Source: Candidatus Woesearchaeota archaeon (GTDB lineage: Archaea > Nanobdellota > Nanobdellia > SCGC-AAA011-G17 > JACPNG01). From it: a stretch of 54,838 nucleotides of DNA. This document shows, one piece after another, positions 54,772 to 54,838 of the stretch (within the stretch, counting starts at the first letter, position 1; each line of letters opens with the position of its first letter). The stretch spans positions 1-54,838 of the forward strand of contig JAGVYI010000021.1 of the NCBI GenBank assembly GCA_018303365.1, read 5' to 3'. Position numbers and translations under genes: made by a program. The notes under the pieces were generated by a model, which worked only from the letters and a program-made list of their open reading frames with translations, was not told the origin of the DNA and did not search any database.

Positions 54772-54838
54772 TTTTTTGCTCTTTTAGGATAGTTTTATTA
54801 ATATTTGTGTTCATTTTTACCTTATGGGTTCTATTCTT

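Overview
Archaeal genomic DNA, most consistent with a DPANN lineage (Woesearchaeota-like): it has a fused PriS-PriL primase, many class III signal-peptide proteins and giant Cys-rich surface proteins. Positions 1-5.5 kb are a decaying accessory zone: a pseudogenised Zn-ribbon/DDE transposase, a divergent AAA_14/DUF4143-type ATPase with palindromic operators, an orphan AbrB antitoxin whose PIN toxin is cut after 7 codons, an intact AbrB-VapC pair and a HEPN remnant. Positions 8.2-23.8 kb hold the minus-strand S10/spc ribosomal protein superoperon (L3 to secY, DUF106, L14e), which runs straight into prefoldin alpha and primase. Positions 24-33.7 kb hold four pilin-like genes and two large paralogous secreted Cys-rich proteins, each with a central Gly/Ala-rich hydrophobic segment; this is the best candidate for an undescribed host-attachment or membrane-penetration system. 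Positions 33.8-54.8 kb carry PCNA, an RPA-like OB protein, TFS, signal peptidase, RpoL, METTL5, MBF1, a glycosylation cluster, ScpB, aRF1 with a 131-aa mini-intein directly after the catalytic GGQ, ValRS, tRNA-Phe, a pilin, CysRS, S19e-PDCD5-L39e-L31e, Cbf5 and a HerA-like ATPase. Gene order suggests an old ~42 kb inversion. The + strand is strongly pyrimidine-rich regardless of gene orientation. All calls come from motif recognition by eye; no searches were run.
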